A stretch of DNA of 64,000 nt from Antedon mediterranea (Eukaryota; Animalia; Echinodermata): contig NC_092674.1 in the NCBI RefSeq assembly GCF_964355755.1, positions 14,942,001-15,006,000 on the forward strand, given 5' to 3'. Both the position numbers and the translations under genes were made by a program. Below are positions 1-12,974 of this stretch, piece after piece (within the stretch, counting starts at the first letter, position 1; each line of letters opens with the position of its first letter). The notes under the pieces were generated by a model. The model was not told the DNA's origin. It made no database searches and saw only the letters and a program-made list of their open reading frames with translations.

Positions 1-305
1 ACCGTTTTTGATTTGAGTAGTAATAACGATAATAATAACATTGTGATAATAATACAGTAGTAATAATAATGTTTAATGTTTTAGCAAATGGTAACGTCCT
101 GTTTTGTGTACAGGTTTATAGTTTTTAGCTATGATATATTTTAATTTTAATGTTTTTAACGGTTTGATGTTTAGAGTTTATAATGTTTTTAACTGTTTTT
201 ATTATTGTGCAATTTGTATATGTAATTTACTCTCAATTAAATGTTTTATATTGCAATGAGTAGAATGAATAAAACCAGAAATGAAGCTTACTGATAGCAG
301 ACAGT

Positions 306-374
306 CTGACGGCAAAGTTGAATATTGGTGGGAGAGAATTCGGGTGTATTTTGGATACTGGAGCTGAGACCAGT
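306..374 (+). pseudogene. Retropepsin (Gypsy-type aspartyl protease) fragment
   Basis: Hand translation LTAKLNIGGREFGCILDTGAETS contains the retroviral protease LDTGA motif; no continuing ORF. Confidence 0.55.
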
Positions 375-842
375 CCTATTTAATTAGTAAGCGTTATATG
401 GGCACCAGTCGTGCAGGTTATGAATATTAATGAGGAGGTACTATTTGAATATTCATTTATCAAAACCCAGCAGACCAAGACGATTCAGTCAGGTTATCTC
501 ATTAGCCTAGACGGAAAATATACAGCAGTAATTTTATTGTGGCAGGTTATTACTATTATGTAATTTTTTTTTCTACCCGGCCTGCAGCTTCTCGATTCCG
601 TAGGCTTTCAGTTACTAATAAATTCTAGACTATGGGACAGTTAACTATTATGTAACTATATAATCAGCATAATGATGGTTTAGGGTTTTAACTAGTAATT
701 TTCATTGATGAAATTACGAAATATTGAATCCATAATTTACGATGGCGTGTATTTATGTAAAACAAATATAAATGACCCACCAATTGTTTTCACATTCAGA
801 ACTGCAGATATAGGACACATAAATATGTTACTTCGTACAAGA

Positions 843-1060
843 ATGGTGCCCATATAAACTATATTATGAGATATATGTACACATTATTAAATGCACGGCT
901 GGTGGCTATCTGCAGCACTGGTGCCCATATTAACTCTTTAACATTAGATAGATATAAACATGCAGGGCTGGTGCCCATCTGCAGTACTGGTGCCCGTATT
1001 AGATAGATATATAACTATGCGTGACGGTTGCCAACACTGCGCAGCACTGGCGCCCATTTA
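843..1060. repeat. Degenerate short tandem repeat (about 60-75 bp period)
   Basis: Recurring GGTGCCCATAT, GCAGCACTGGTGCCC and AGATAGATATATAAC motifs near 845, 920, 970, 990 and 1045. Confidence 0.5.
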
Positions 1061-1689
1061 CAGACGTGTTGAATATTCATTATTGGAACCTGATACAGCG
1101 ATTCGCGGGAAATGTGCAAATTGTTTGCCATTGTGGGCAAAATTTCTTAATTCTCCGTCTGAAAACTATTTAAAATGGTGGGTTTGTGGTTTATCAGATT
1201 GTGAAGAGCTACGAAACGTATTCGAAAATGCGAAGTCATTACATTTCGTTGGAAACAAGAAGGGAGACTTCGGAAAAATAAAGTTTTCTCCGCTTCCGTC
1301 TCAGGCCAATGCCTATTGTACCACCAACGGCGTAGAAGAGCAGGAGGACAACGTTGAAATTGACAAAATTGGTCTTATCAATACCTCATATGCACCAGGT
1401 TAGCCTAGCCCCTTTATATCATGTTGGGATATATTTCGACACTTTGAAGAGCATTTTGATTTATTTACTAGATAATAATAATACAGTATATTAAAAATGT
1501 GAGTTGATATATGGACATCTAAAAAATGGAATAAGAGAATAGGCCTAAATTATATAGTCAATGGTGATTTTATGTTGTTCTTTTAAAAATGACATGGCTA
1601 TTCCAAAGAATTATGTTATTATGGAAAAATGCAATACTAAATAGATTTTCTTTATAAACAGACCAATCCAGACTTCAATCATACTTAAA

Positions 1690-2148
1690 GATATTGTTTG
1701 CCTATCGTCGGGCATTACATTAAAATTTCCCATATGTAGGATATTGTTTGCCTATCGTCGGGCATTACTTTAAAAATGTCCCATATGTAGGATATTGTTT
1801 GCCTATCGTCGGGCATTACATTAAAATGTCCCATATGTAGGATATTGTTTGCCTATCGTCGGGCATTACATTAAAATGTCCCATATGTAGGATATTGTTT
1901 GCCTATCGTCGGGCATTACATTAAAATGTCCCATATGTAGGATATTGTTTGCCTATCGTCGGGCATTACATTAAAATGTCCCATATGTAGGATATTTTTG
2001 CCTATCGTCGGGCATTACATTAAAATGTCCCATATGTAGGATATTGTTTGCCTTTCGTCGGGCATTACATTAAAATGTCCCATATGTAGGATATTGTTTG
2101 CCTATCGTCGGGCATTACATTAAAATGTCCCATATGTAGGATATTGTT
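1690..2148. repeat. 50-bp minisatellite, ~9.2 copies
   Basis: Unit GATATTGTTTGCCTATCGTCGGGCATTACATTAAAATGTCCCATATGTAG, head-to-tail, near-identical, no spacers. Confidence 0.97.
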
Positions 2149-2305
2149 CGATGCTGGAGAAATTCGCTCTCATGTAGAGTTTTGCAAGGCGATTGCGAGT
2201 ATTGGATATTGTTTATGGTGATTTACTATCACTTGTATTGATGTCGCTGTTGGGATAAGACGTACTCGACGCAAGTAAACTCTGTATGCTACAGTAAACA
2301 CGATA

Positions 2306-2535
2306 TGTTACCGACGTCGAAACGAAGCACACGTGCCAAGGCTACCACTTCAGCCAGCCAGCCCAGACCCGCCAGCTCTACCTGAACAAATCTCAAATAA
2401 GAGAAGATCTAAGCAAAGCCATTGAATTTAATTCTGAAAAGATTGCAGTGCTTGAAACGAAAGATAAGGCGAGAGAATCAACGCTAATTAGCATTTCAGC
2501 TGATATTGGAAACATGCGAGAACAACTAACTGGCT
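2306..2535 (+). pseudogene. LINE ORF1 N-terminal coiled-coil fragment
   Basis: MLPTSKRSTRAK...QIREDLSKAIEFNSEKIAVLETKDK resembles CR1/L2-group ORF1 coiled coils; lies just upstream of an RT fragment. Confidence 0.4.
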
Positions 2536-2663
2536 GCCATCTTGAAATTAACAGAGCCGTTTTTCAAGACGAAATAACATCAGGCTTGTTGGCCTTGAAA
2601 TAACTCCTGGCGAAAATTGCATCCAGGTTGCAAACAGTATTTAAAAAAAACATTTCACGCTGT

Positions 2664-2930
2664 CAACTATGCCAGCCATTTCACTATTAACTATGTTTTT
2701 CTAAGCTCCTTGAACGTTTAATCTATAATAGTCTTTATAATTTTATAACAAAGGACAACATACTCTGCCCTACTCAATATGGGTTTTCAACCGAATTAGC
2801 GTTAATAGACCTTTATGATAAGCGGATGTATGCTCTACAAAATAAGGAATGTACAGTAGGCATCTTTTTAGACTTAAGAAAGGCCTTTGACACCATAAAC
2901 CATGATATACTTTAACAAAAATTATACATT
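2664..2930 (+). pseudogene. LINE (CR1/L2/Crack group) reverse transcriptase fragment
   Basis: Frameshifted NY.PISLL...KLLERLIYN...QYGF...TELALIDLYDK...TVGIFLDLRKAFDTINHDIL. Confidence 0.85.
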
Positions 2931-3059
2931 ATCAGCTAAGTTTTTAGTCTTTTCTTAAATGAAAATAACGACTTGCTGATAATTATTTAATTTTTTTTTA
3001 TTGTTTAAAGCAATATGTCGAACATTTCTCCGCTCTGCTTATGTATGGTACAGGCGTTT

Positions 3060-3110
3060 CTTGTACCATAGAGATATTATATATTCACTATAATATCTCT
3101 ATGCTTGTAC
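3060..3110. mobile_element. 37-bp palindromic insert with 7-bp TSD (putative P-type excision footprint)
   Basis: CTTGTAC | CATAGAGATATTATA-tattcac-TATAATATCTCTATG | CTTGTAC. Confidence 0.7.
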
Positions 3111-3389
3111 AAAGGAAATAATCCTGTGGAAATTTTGAGAACGTTTCAGAAAGAATGTGATGCGTGGTCACACTCGACCTCACAACCGATGCTGAAACCA
3201 TTGAACTAATGACATTGCGATGAGCTAGCTGAACAACAAATGTTGTAGTCACATAACAAAAATTTCACTTAATTGCTCTATTATTACTAACTACGTCATC
3301 CAACTCTTCAACTATTATATATAATAATAATAATAATACATATGATGTCAACTATTTTGAGCTCTAAATCTAAATGATCTACGGAAAAA

Positions 3390-4246
3390 TCAACTGAACT
3401 TATGTCGGAGCCTACTGTCAATCCAGGCACGAATAAGGTCAGGCTAATAAACAGCCTACTGAGTCACCTGGCATACCAAAAGCCGGTACCTTGGAACAAC
3501 AACAAGGCCTACGGACAACGGACTCATCGACAATGCGAGATGTTGAGCTTCTTCTTTCCGACGATAAACAACTCGTAAGTATTGTTGCTACGACAATAAG
3601 TAATAACACATTCTTTCATCTTCAAATCTTATGGATAAAATTATAGCATCAATATGTGGAAACGAAAGGATCATCCGATCAATAAGTGAAGCCATTCTTG
3701 ACCAGGTCAGTCAAAATATTTATAGTAGCGTTGCCCTTGACAACGAGACTATCGCAGGTGAAATTACGTGAGAGAAGAAGAGAAGAACAATAAGCTGACG
3801 AACGATTAAAACAACTTACTAGAAAAACTCCTACTATTAAACGGCGTACCCGAGACAGATAATACCGAAAACACCGATAAGATAGCCTTAGAAATAATAT
3901 CATCTTGTATTTGTGATAAAATAGAACTAATCGATATGGACCACACACACCGTCTTGGACGGAAGAAAGCAGGACTACACCAAGATAAATCACGTTCTAA
4001 AACTAAACCACGTCCAATTATCGTTGAATTCTCAACCTACCGCGCAAGAGCAGAGGTATTTCGAAATAAGAAATTACTTAAAAACTCTTCCTTTTCTATA
4101 ACTGAAAATCTAACGCCACTTCGCATGAATCTACTACGCGAAATGACAGCACATGACGCAGTGGACGGATAAACTGCATACTGAAGAAAAATAAGAAGAA
4201 GATTGTTATTAGATCAACAACAGATCTCCGTAATCTCCGAATGTAA
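3390..4246 (+). pseudogene. LINE ORF1 (RRM/CTD type), degraded
   Basis: ORF 3936-4172 HRLGRK...KPRPIIVEFSTYRARAEVFRNKKLLKNSSFSITENLTPLR is the typical CR1/L2/Crack ORF1 C-terminus. Confidence 0.8.
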
Positions 4247-4699
4247 CTTTATTGCCACATCTATTTGTTTTATTGTTAATACTGCATTATCATCATTATT
4301 ATTGATATTACTACATTATTATTATTATTAACAACAACATTATTATTCCCACATTTTGTTATTATCACTATTATACTACTATTATATAGTAATGGTACTG
4401 TATTAATATTGAAATCAAGCCTAAATGATTTTAAGATTCTTATTATTAATTATATACACGTAGACTACATATTCATTTTATATTCTACCGATGTCTCAAT
4501 TCAAAATATCCATATTATTACGCAATTTAGAGTTTTTTGCGATAATGCATTATTATTCATACTACTGTATTTATCTGGTTAATGAACATTTACAAACCCA
4601 ATTGTATTATTGATATTTTATTTATTTGTTTATTTATTTATTTTTTAAACGGCAGTATACCTTCACTTTCTAATGTCATTTTACATTATAAATCAACTC

Positions 4700-5205
4700 A
4701 ATTATGATGTGTGTTTCATGTAATGATACCAATCTTAGGCCTTATTCCGCTTCATCTTGCAACTGGTTATGTTAAATTTGTATGAGTATTATATTTCCCT
4801 TTAATCATATTTTAGATAACTTTGAATTCTTACATGTTATCAAACATTTTTATCTAAATCAAAATGTTGACTTTAATAGAATAAGTTCTTTACATTTTAA
4901 TCTTTTTGACATTGATTTAAATGACAATAATGCTGATAATAACTTACTATTTCTTGATAATAATGATGAATGCACATTATGAACTTCTTGATAGTTTAAA
5001 TTCTAAACACTGTGAAAACACTTCCTCTTTTAGTGTTTTCCATTTAAATGCAAGAAGCTTAGTTAAGCATTTTGACAAAATCAATGATTTTGTAAACATT
5101 ATGAATCACAAATTTACGGCATTATGTTTTTCAGAGACTTTTTTAAATAATAGTAAACAAATTTTTTCTTTTTACAGAATGGCCGGTTACAATCTATTAC
5201 AGAAA
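4700..5205 (+). pseudogene. LINE ORF2 N-terminus (APE endonuclease start), truncated
   Basis: FPFNHILDNFEF leader, then FSVFHLNARSL...TALCFSETFL (APE motifs I/II); follows ORF1 in the expected order. Confidence 0.8.
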
Positions 5206-5221
5206 GCTTTACAGTTCTTTA

Positions 5222-6003
5222 TGTGATTCCGTATTGTGTCCCATTTGGGAAAACCTGAACGATCTATAGATGGCGCTATACCATATACGAGATCTAATGG
5301 TAACAAGTCCAAGTCACAGAGACTCACTCATGATTAAGCTGCGTCGTTGACCAGCGAAAGCTAGAGTAAAAAACGTAAGTTTACGAATTTTATTCGACTT
5401 TGGATCATCCAAAAGAAAATTTACTTAAAATATTATGTGCTTGTTAACAAATAATTGACGTCATCGTCATGCACAATAATGATTGATAGGCACACGCCAG
5501 TTAAATTATATGTATTTACTGCCAAGAAAGGGGTAGTGTAGTGCAGGTTTATCAAAAAAATATCAATTTATTTTGAGCCTTTGTATTTTTAGTTGACTTT
5601 TTATGTTGTTATTCTTAGTTTAGTTTAGTTTCCTTTTTGTTATAATGACCTACAAAAATGAGTTTGTGAGAATGTGGTATATACGAACATGAAATAAGAC
5701 TTCGTATGAGGCCAGTGTCAAGAGAGCCACTGAGCTGGTAAGATAAGATAGACAGTATTGGAAATCCTTTATTTTCACGAATAATTGTATTTTGATATTT
5801 ATAGTTGACATTATGCGTTGACTATATCCTTAATTACATTTTTTCGCATGGAGTTTAATACTGTACAATGTATTGTATATTTTCAGGTTTTTCCTTTTTG
5901 CTGTATTTCTTGGTATTCAAATAAAATCATATGAACCCAACAGTGCTTTGCCGTTTCTTTTTGTAACATCCGATTATGCCCTGTAATATCCCGTATTACT
6001 ACA
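5222..6003 (+). mobile_element. Possible LTR of an LTR retrotransposon
   Basis: Starts TGT where the LINE ORF2 breaks off, ends ACA, AATAAA near 5920, followed by a gag-like ORF; no second LTR seen and PBS is not canonical. Confidence 0.35.
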
Positions 6004-6050
6004 TGATATGAACAGGACACAGGAAAAGACATCACTTTATCAGCCACTGC

Positions 6051-6467
6051 ATGGAGGGACAGCGCAATTCAAACAGTCATGCCATCACTATAGCCACGTT
6101 GAATGATCGGGTTCGTGAACTGGAGGCAGCAAATCTAACTCTGACCAACACAGTAGCTACTCAACAACGCCAACTTGACAGTCAATCAGCCGACTTACTT
6201 GCCATTCACCAAAGACTATCATCAATTGCATCACGACCTGAACCACCTACCATTCCAATCATTCAAACTCCTCCACCACCACCAATCGCTACTCCATCAA
6301 GACCCAGCGTCCACCCACCAAGACGACCGATTCTAAAACTTCTACGCGACCACGAAGACACGAAAAAGTTTCAAACATCTGCTTGGATATTATTTCACCG
6401 AAGAAAAACGACTACGATGCAAGGTAAGCTGTACTCTGGATATCGCTATCAAAAACCAGAAGGATGA
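6051..6467 (+). pseudogene. Gag-like N-terminal coiled-coil plus proline-rich ORF
   Basis: Heptad segment LNDRVRELEAANLTL...LDSQSADLLAIHQRL then PPPPP tract, downstream of the putative LTR. Confidence 0.4.
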
Positions 6468-6729
6468 TGTTGATCTATACATAGGGCCAATAACAAAGAG
6501 AACAATTATGATATTTCTTGAAAAGGGAGATATTAGCAATTATCAATGATAATATTAAAAGAACAATTAACCATTTCGGTAGAATACATTAAGCAGTTAA
6601 TGATCCAATTCTAAGCAGAATAGACGGGATGAATTCATTGATATTCTGGCAATGTCTCATTTCATCATGTCTGGAAAAATAGGAAAATTGACAAAGGTGT
6701 CTGACGAATGGACGTAATATGAGGATATC

Positions 6730-6928
6730 TAAAACCGAAGTTAGAAAATATTGTGGAAATTGCTCTAGCTGTATTAGTTATCCTGCACAATGATGCAGCG
6801 GAAGAAAGAGTTTTTTCAATGATTAAAAAAAAAAAAAAAATGAGTTCCAGGCAAACACTTCGAAAGAAGTTCTAACAAGATGCAAGGCTGCAACACGCCA
6901 TTACAATGAGCAACACAAGAGCAAATGA
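6730..6928 (+). pseudogene. hAT transposase C-terminal dimerisation-domain fragment
   Basis: KPKLENIVEIALAVLVILHNDAAEERVFSMIKK matches the hAT PHSNA.EERVFS motif. Confidence 0.75.
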
Positions 6929-8069
6929 CCACCAATACCAATTCAATTAAAATTCAATGCATTAATAATTGTACAATACTGTGGAAGGTAGAAGGAACAA
7001 GAATGTAAATGTGGAATTCAGACAATTAAAATACAGGTTTGAAGAAGTTCGAAAAATTAAGTTCAATGATGGTCAAGATACCCAATTAGACACTATCAAA
7101 CTTTTCACGCCAAATGGACCAAAGCTCCTACAAGGCAAAGTAGATACAATTTCAAAATCATGGAGAGATCATTGTTGATAAACCAATTCCATGTTTCTAG
7201 GAAATTCTAGGAAAATAATTCTGTAGAATTGTATAAGCTTGTAATTCGATGTTTTTTAAGGGGCAACTGACCATTGTGCTTTGTTTCTGTTCGGCTCTGT
7301 ATCTGTTTATTGGTCGAATAAATAAATGAAATGAAATTGATGTAATACTCCTGCCTGTAGGAGCTGATTATTTGAGTCGGGTGTAAAGGACTCCTCCCAG
7401 TTTGGAGAAAATGTTGGTACATTACTCTTTTAGAGGGGATTAAATGTCGTATTGAGTTGTTGTTTATTGTGTTGCAGAGAAAGATGGTGTGAGTTGCAGA
7501 TTGGTGGAAAAGGATAAGGTGTTTGTATGTGGATTTGAGGGATTTTTGAGGGAGATGGAAAATGAGAGGAGTGCTATGTGAAGCAAGGAAAGGATAGAAA
7601 AAAATTGAATAATTGACTAAGGCGGACAGAAGAAGAAATTAATTGTGTTATGTATGTAGAGTTGCAGCCTAAAGGAAAGTAACGTGACATTCATGGAGTA
7701 AAAGAAAGTGAGTTGGAAGTAATAATAAAAGGCTATACTTGAAATTAATGAAATCTTTTAATTGTTGAGATCATTGGAGATAATTTTATAAGGAAATTGA
7801 ATAAAGGAAAAACTGGTGAAAATAAAAGAGTATTATTTTGTGATATGATGTCACCGTAAGCCAAACAAAGCTGAGCTTTTGGATTCTGGTGGTAAGAATG
7901 TTTGGTGGTTTAAGATAAATAATTGGTCAGTTTTGAACTTAAACCCCTTATATCTCAAAAACGCTTCCTATCCTGATTACCTTCCATATTCGTAATATAC
8001 GGAAAATTCTGGTTTAGAAAAGTTGGATGGCAATTTGTCCCCTTTCGGGTGGTGATATGGGCTTGATGA

Positions 8070-8450
8070 CATATGGACTGAAGCAGGTGTATATGCTTGT
8101 AATAGTACTGATCGGTCAACAAGATGATGTTGACCTAAAAGAACTAGCTGAAAACATATCCTGAATGTTTAATAACAGAGATGAATCTCACAGAGTAGAA
8201 CTTTGTGTGTTGTTAGATAAACTATGGGCACTGTTGAATAGCACTAATGTACAACATTTAATGACAACGTTCAATAAGAAACACTCAGAAAATCCTAACT
8301 TTGTGCTGTGGTCAACAACGTATATGGATATGATACAAATATTACTAGACTTTATCAAGGCACAGAGGGATGGTAAATGGGCTCTTCATCTCGAAGCCTT
8401 CACATCTACGGTAAGTTACCATGGCTGACAAATTATGCTCATTGGGCCAA
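8070..8450 (+). pseudogene. Academ-like transposase fragment
   Basis: ENPNFVLWSTTYMDMIQILLDFIKAQRDGKWALHLEAF...LPW...NYAHW matches the FI.A.R.G.W.LHL...NYA motif, which I associate with Academ transposases. Confidence 0.55.
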
Positions 8451-9294
8451 TAAGCACCGGAGTGGTATAGCTCAAGATACTTGTCATTGATATGCCTGCA
8501 CTTTTTTACTATTTAGGCCTACATCGCACATTATTCATGATAATGACGATGATGACAAACCTTATCCACCATGGACATTCACTGCGGTATACAATTCTAC
8601 CCTTACTACAATTAACTCAAACTCATGAATGCCAGTTTTTGATTACCAGTTACCCACTTTAGCATCCCGTAATGTTAAAGAAATTATACTTCAGTGCAAT
8701 AAATAAATAAATATAGTGATAAAAACCTAATAATTCACAGTGTGTTGTGCTACGCCAAAATGAATATCCCATATGAGATAAAAAGTTGCTGTAATAAGAC
8801 AAGAGACTGAATTTTATTGTTGCTAGATATTTCTAATGTCCACGTGGTAACCAATTACCGATTTCATTCACTATTTTTCTTCAAGGTCACAATCATGCCA
8901 CGGCGAACATAACACAACATAAGTTTTTGGGAAGGGGCCATAAACATATTTCTAAAAACAGCTCACACTCAGGCCTATTTCGATCATCATTACATTTTGT
9001 TAACTGTATTTATTCGCAATTTGCATGTACATGCATTAATAAATATGTCAAAATTAGGATGGCAATATAAGTTTCTCCAGTAAACCAAGACTGGAAATTG
9101 TCACATACCTTCAACAAAATAAAGGATAATTCATTTCATAATATATACAGGGCAATCAAATCACTTGATTGTATTGCACCACCCAAGTGGTATCTTTCAA
9201 AAAGTATATGTATTCTAAATTAGTGTGCAAGTCTTCTAATTGTAACCCTGGGTTATTGCATTTGTTATTGTAGTGTTTACTTTTTTTTTTTTTT

Positions 9295-10188
9295 TATTAT
9301 TCTTCTTTCTTTCTCAGATTTTGTGCACGCGTTTTCTCTTTAACGTATCAACATAACATGTTGTAACTTGGTCAACATATAGACATTTAATTGAAGATGT
9401 TCAGCCAAGCTTTTTGACGATGTCAGATCCGCGTAGCGTAAGTCACGCGCGATTTTCTGAAAATCTTAAATCGGTCATAACTTCGAAACCGATAAATATT
9501 TTTTAACAAAATTTTCAGCCACGTTTTCTTCACATCAATGGCTAACTTTTGGAATGTTTAACAAATTTTTGAACATTAGAAAGTTTTCGCGTAAACGGCG
9601 TTATAACTTCACATCAATTGTTAACTTTTTTAACGCTACCGAAATTTGTAACATTAGAAAGTGCGCGCGTAAATTGCGTTTGAAATTTTAAAATGCTTGA
9701 AATCAATTTCTGATTAAATTAGAGCACGATTCAGGTCATTTTCAGATTTCACGGCGCAGGGAACACGTATCAGCATTTATTTTGCACGATTTGTGTTTTT
9801 AAATCTTTGTTTAACAATTTTACGTTATTTTATTCACTATTCAACTTGAAATGGCGTTCTACGAGCACGTTAAACATGCATCGAGGGGTGTTCACGACAT
9901 ACCGAATGCACGAGTAATCTTTCTTCGGATTTTTTTCGGCAGGTGCTCATATGGCTCGATGTGTTAGTGCAACCGACTTTGGTATCAGAGGTACCGGGAT
10001 CGAATCCCATCACGGGAAAACAATTAAATAAAAGGATTTATAAGGCTATTACAGTGAAAGGGCAGTTTTAATTTTGAATAGGCTACTTTTTGGAAAACTC
10101 ATAACTGAAAAGTACTTGAATGCGCAAGATACGTTTTGTTGCGGGCGGATAACCAAACTCGTCCTCAAGTGACGAGTTTAAGTTCTAG
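9295..10188 (+). mobile_element. Non-autonomous Helitron-like element
   Basis: 3' hairpin AAACTCGTC-ctcaagt-GACGAGTTT (10155-10179), then CTAG|T at 10185-10189; 5' end approximate. Confidence 0.55.
9942..10016 (+). pseudogene. tRNA-derived segment (Pol III A/B boxes)
   Basis: A-box-like TGGCTCGATGTG and B-box-like GGGATCGAATCCC with tRNA spacing; acceptor and anticodon stems do not pair well. Confidence 0.5.
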
Positions 10189-11583
10189 TTATTCTTTGAT
10201 TGTTTTTTAGTGTGGGTTACTATTAGAAGTGGGGTTACTATTACGGTGTGGGTTACTAATTTACGGTATGTGATGTGTATTTTTTAGTGCATACTCATTC
10301 CTTACAATTACATTAGTTTTAGTTTGTACACACACACAAATCTGTACGTTTGTTCATTTTTCCCCACAGAGATGGCCGATGAACTGATAATGAAAATACA
10401 ATGTACCTAGTCCTTCATAGCATTGTTTGTAAAAAACACTCCGTCTGTGATGCGTCAGCATGCTGTGCAACTTGGGATTCAAGTGGAGAACATGCTGAAC
10501 AATTGTGTTGCACTAATAACTGCACAAACCGCGCAGATTCTCAACCTTTAGAGACAAGTCCGTCAACTAAAGGCTGAAAATCAAAAGCACAGAAGATATT
10601 GGTACAAAGAAGAACTATTTTTAAATATATTCTTTATCTACTCAGTAACGAATTTTTTTCATGTTTTATAATATACCACTTGATACCATCACATTTGCGA
10701 TGTAGTAACGTTTTTATTTTTGTAATTATTAATTAATACAAATGTTGAGAAGCAACTGTTAATCAATACATTTGTATAAACAAATATTAAATCTATCAAA
10801 ATAGTATTTTTTAAAGAAAATCAGTCTGTCTTCAACATTATGATGCTGTACTTGAGGTGATCAGCTATTAAAAACGTAGGAGGAGATAGGAAAATGCGAA
10901 GCATCCTCGTATTATTGGTTGCGGGTATTTTTCAAGACAGACATTCATTAGACAGTGTATTGGGTCCAAGGTCCATTAAAATTACATATTCAACAAAACA
11001 ATATAAGTAAATTATTTTTTCAAGGGGACAATCAAATACAATATCCTTAATGTTATCCAACCCATGCACAATTGTTCACCTAATTTTGTTATGAAAAACC
11101 CTCATACTGTAAATCAGTTTAATATTAATAATTTAATATTTTTTGCATTCTTTTTAATTAGAAAGTAAGGGTGAGTGTGAGGCGTGTGATGATACTACCG
11201 CCGATGAATCAAGTAGCCATGAAAGAAACACCAACTGGCCCAGGGAAGAGGAAAACTAAAATAAGATCATTCTCAGATTTTCTAATGAGTATACTTCTAA
11301 AACTTGTTTTAAAGAAATAATTCTGACACTATTTAAAAAATATGTAGCAGCACTAACTTGATTACACAATTTTTTAGTTTGAGATAAATAATTTTTCATA
11401 TTTCACCAAACTTATTTAAATTTAATTATCACTTTTTTTGTTAGATTCTTCTTCCAGTTCTGATATTGAAGAAGCACCACCATCACAACTATCACAGCCA
11501 CAATTTACGCCACCTCAGGCAAAAAAGCAGCCTTCTCCCCCTGAACCTTACAGGGTTTATGCTCCATTTTAGAATGTAGGAGG

Positions 11584-12628
11584 ATGCGTAAAAAAGATAT
11601 ACCTAGGTCTCTAACGTTTAGGGGGAGGAGAGACAACTGGTCCTTTTTTAAGCGGCGGTTGGCTTCATTTATAGAGGAACAGGAACTCACAAACCGTGAA
11701 AGTAAGGACGTCCTTACTTGGTGTTTAGACGGGGCGGCGGCTGAGTTCTATGTGAATCTGATAGAAATGGATGCTGATATGGGCTTTAGGCAGATCATTA
11801 AAGCTTTCAACCGACGTTTTAGTGAGGACGAGCTCCCCGCAGTCCTCCAAGCTAAATTAGAGACTGCTACGCAAAATGAGGGAGAGACTATAGAGGAATG
11901 GGGAGATAGAGTGCTAACCCTGACTAGAAAGGCGTTTAAGGATTTGCCCAAGGAGTGGATCCAAGAGCAGGCCGTAGTTAGGTTTTTTATTGGGTGCAGG
12001 GATGCAGAAGTAGGTAGGCATGTCATGCACAAGCACTGTTCAACTATTCCTAGAGCTATTAGGGAGTTTGAAAAATATGATAGTTATAGGGGGCTATATA
12101 GTAAACGTAAGAGTAAGGTTAAGGATACCGTGAAACCTCATGTTAGGTCCACGGTCCGTACTTCTTTTGCACCCCCACTATCTTTTCAGCTACCTTCAGA
12201 AGACCAGGAGGATACCGAGGGTGAAACTGGCGATGAGGTGTCCATTCAGCAGGTGCGAGGGAGGCCTATGAGGGGAAACACCAGCTTGGGTTCCTACGGA
12301 ACCCGCACCTACTGACGGCCAGAACCAGCCTCGAACTGTGACGTTGGTGCCACCCACCAACAATACTCCTACTACGGAGGCCCGTTTGGCTACTGTGGAG
12401 GGTAATTTCCAGACGTTGAATACCAATCTGGGACGGGTGGAGAACACCGTGAACACGGAGATTGCCGCCATGCGGAATCAATTGGATCAGCTCATGCGTT
12501 TCCTGAGACCAGGCGAACTGGCTTGCTTTGAATGTAAGGAGGTGGGACACTTCCGCAGGGAGTGTCCGAGGTTAGCGAGCCGTTTGCGTCAGGTTAGTGG
12601 CCATGAGCAGGATCCGTTAAACGAGTAA
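11584..12628 (+). pseudogene. gag: Ty3/Gypsy gag (capsid plus CCHC zinc knuckle), frameshifted, pol absent
   Basis: FRGRRDNWSFFKRRL, LDGAAAEF, QNEGETIEEWGDRV capsid motifs; CFECKEVGHFRRECP knuckle; ends PLNE* like many Gypsy gags; frame change near 12270-12315; GC-rich island. Confidence 0.9.
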
Positions 12629-12869
12629 TGGTAATTACACTGTAAACACTGTTTAATATAATGCAATTATATCCTTACCAGCCAAGTGGTTGATTTTGTA
12701 TCACATGCTATTTTTTATTGTTAAAAGTTGTATCGCCTTTTTAAAAAGTAACAAAATACTCTGTCAAAACTAATCCAAATTTATTCACGTTCATATGATT
12801 ATACAATAACAAAAATTCCTTTTTCATTAAACTGTTAAATTGTAAATTGAACTTATGTATTTTTAATTT

Positions 12870-12974
12870 AATGTAACACAACTTTCTCAAGTTGGTGGCA
12901 TAGACGTGAGGGACAATGTGGAATGTAACACAACTTTCTCAAGTTGGTGGCATAGACGTGAGGGACAATGTGGA
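12870..12974. repeat. 52-bp perfect tandem duplication
   Basis: AATGTAACACAACTTTCTCAAGTTGGTGGCATAGACGTGAGGGACAATGTGG present twice. Confidence 0.95.

Noticed and set aside
960-1403. 147-aa ORF as a gene
   Set aside because: Begins within a degenerate tandem repeat and has no recognisable motif or splice support
1690-2148. 50-bp repeats as a CRISPR array
   Set aside because: No spacers; simple tandem minisatellite
7200-7830. Minus-strand LINE ORF2 fragment
   Set aside because: Composition suggests it, but I could not read a diagnostic motif, so it is not listed as a feature
9942-10016. Functional tRNA gene
   Set aside because: Acceptor and anticodon stems do not pair properly; kept only as tRNA-derived
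12270-12340. Programmed ribosomal frameshift within Gypsy gag
   Set aside because: The shift is upstream of the zinc knuckle rather than at the gag-pol junction and no canonical slippery site is evident; likely an indel
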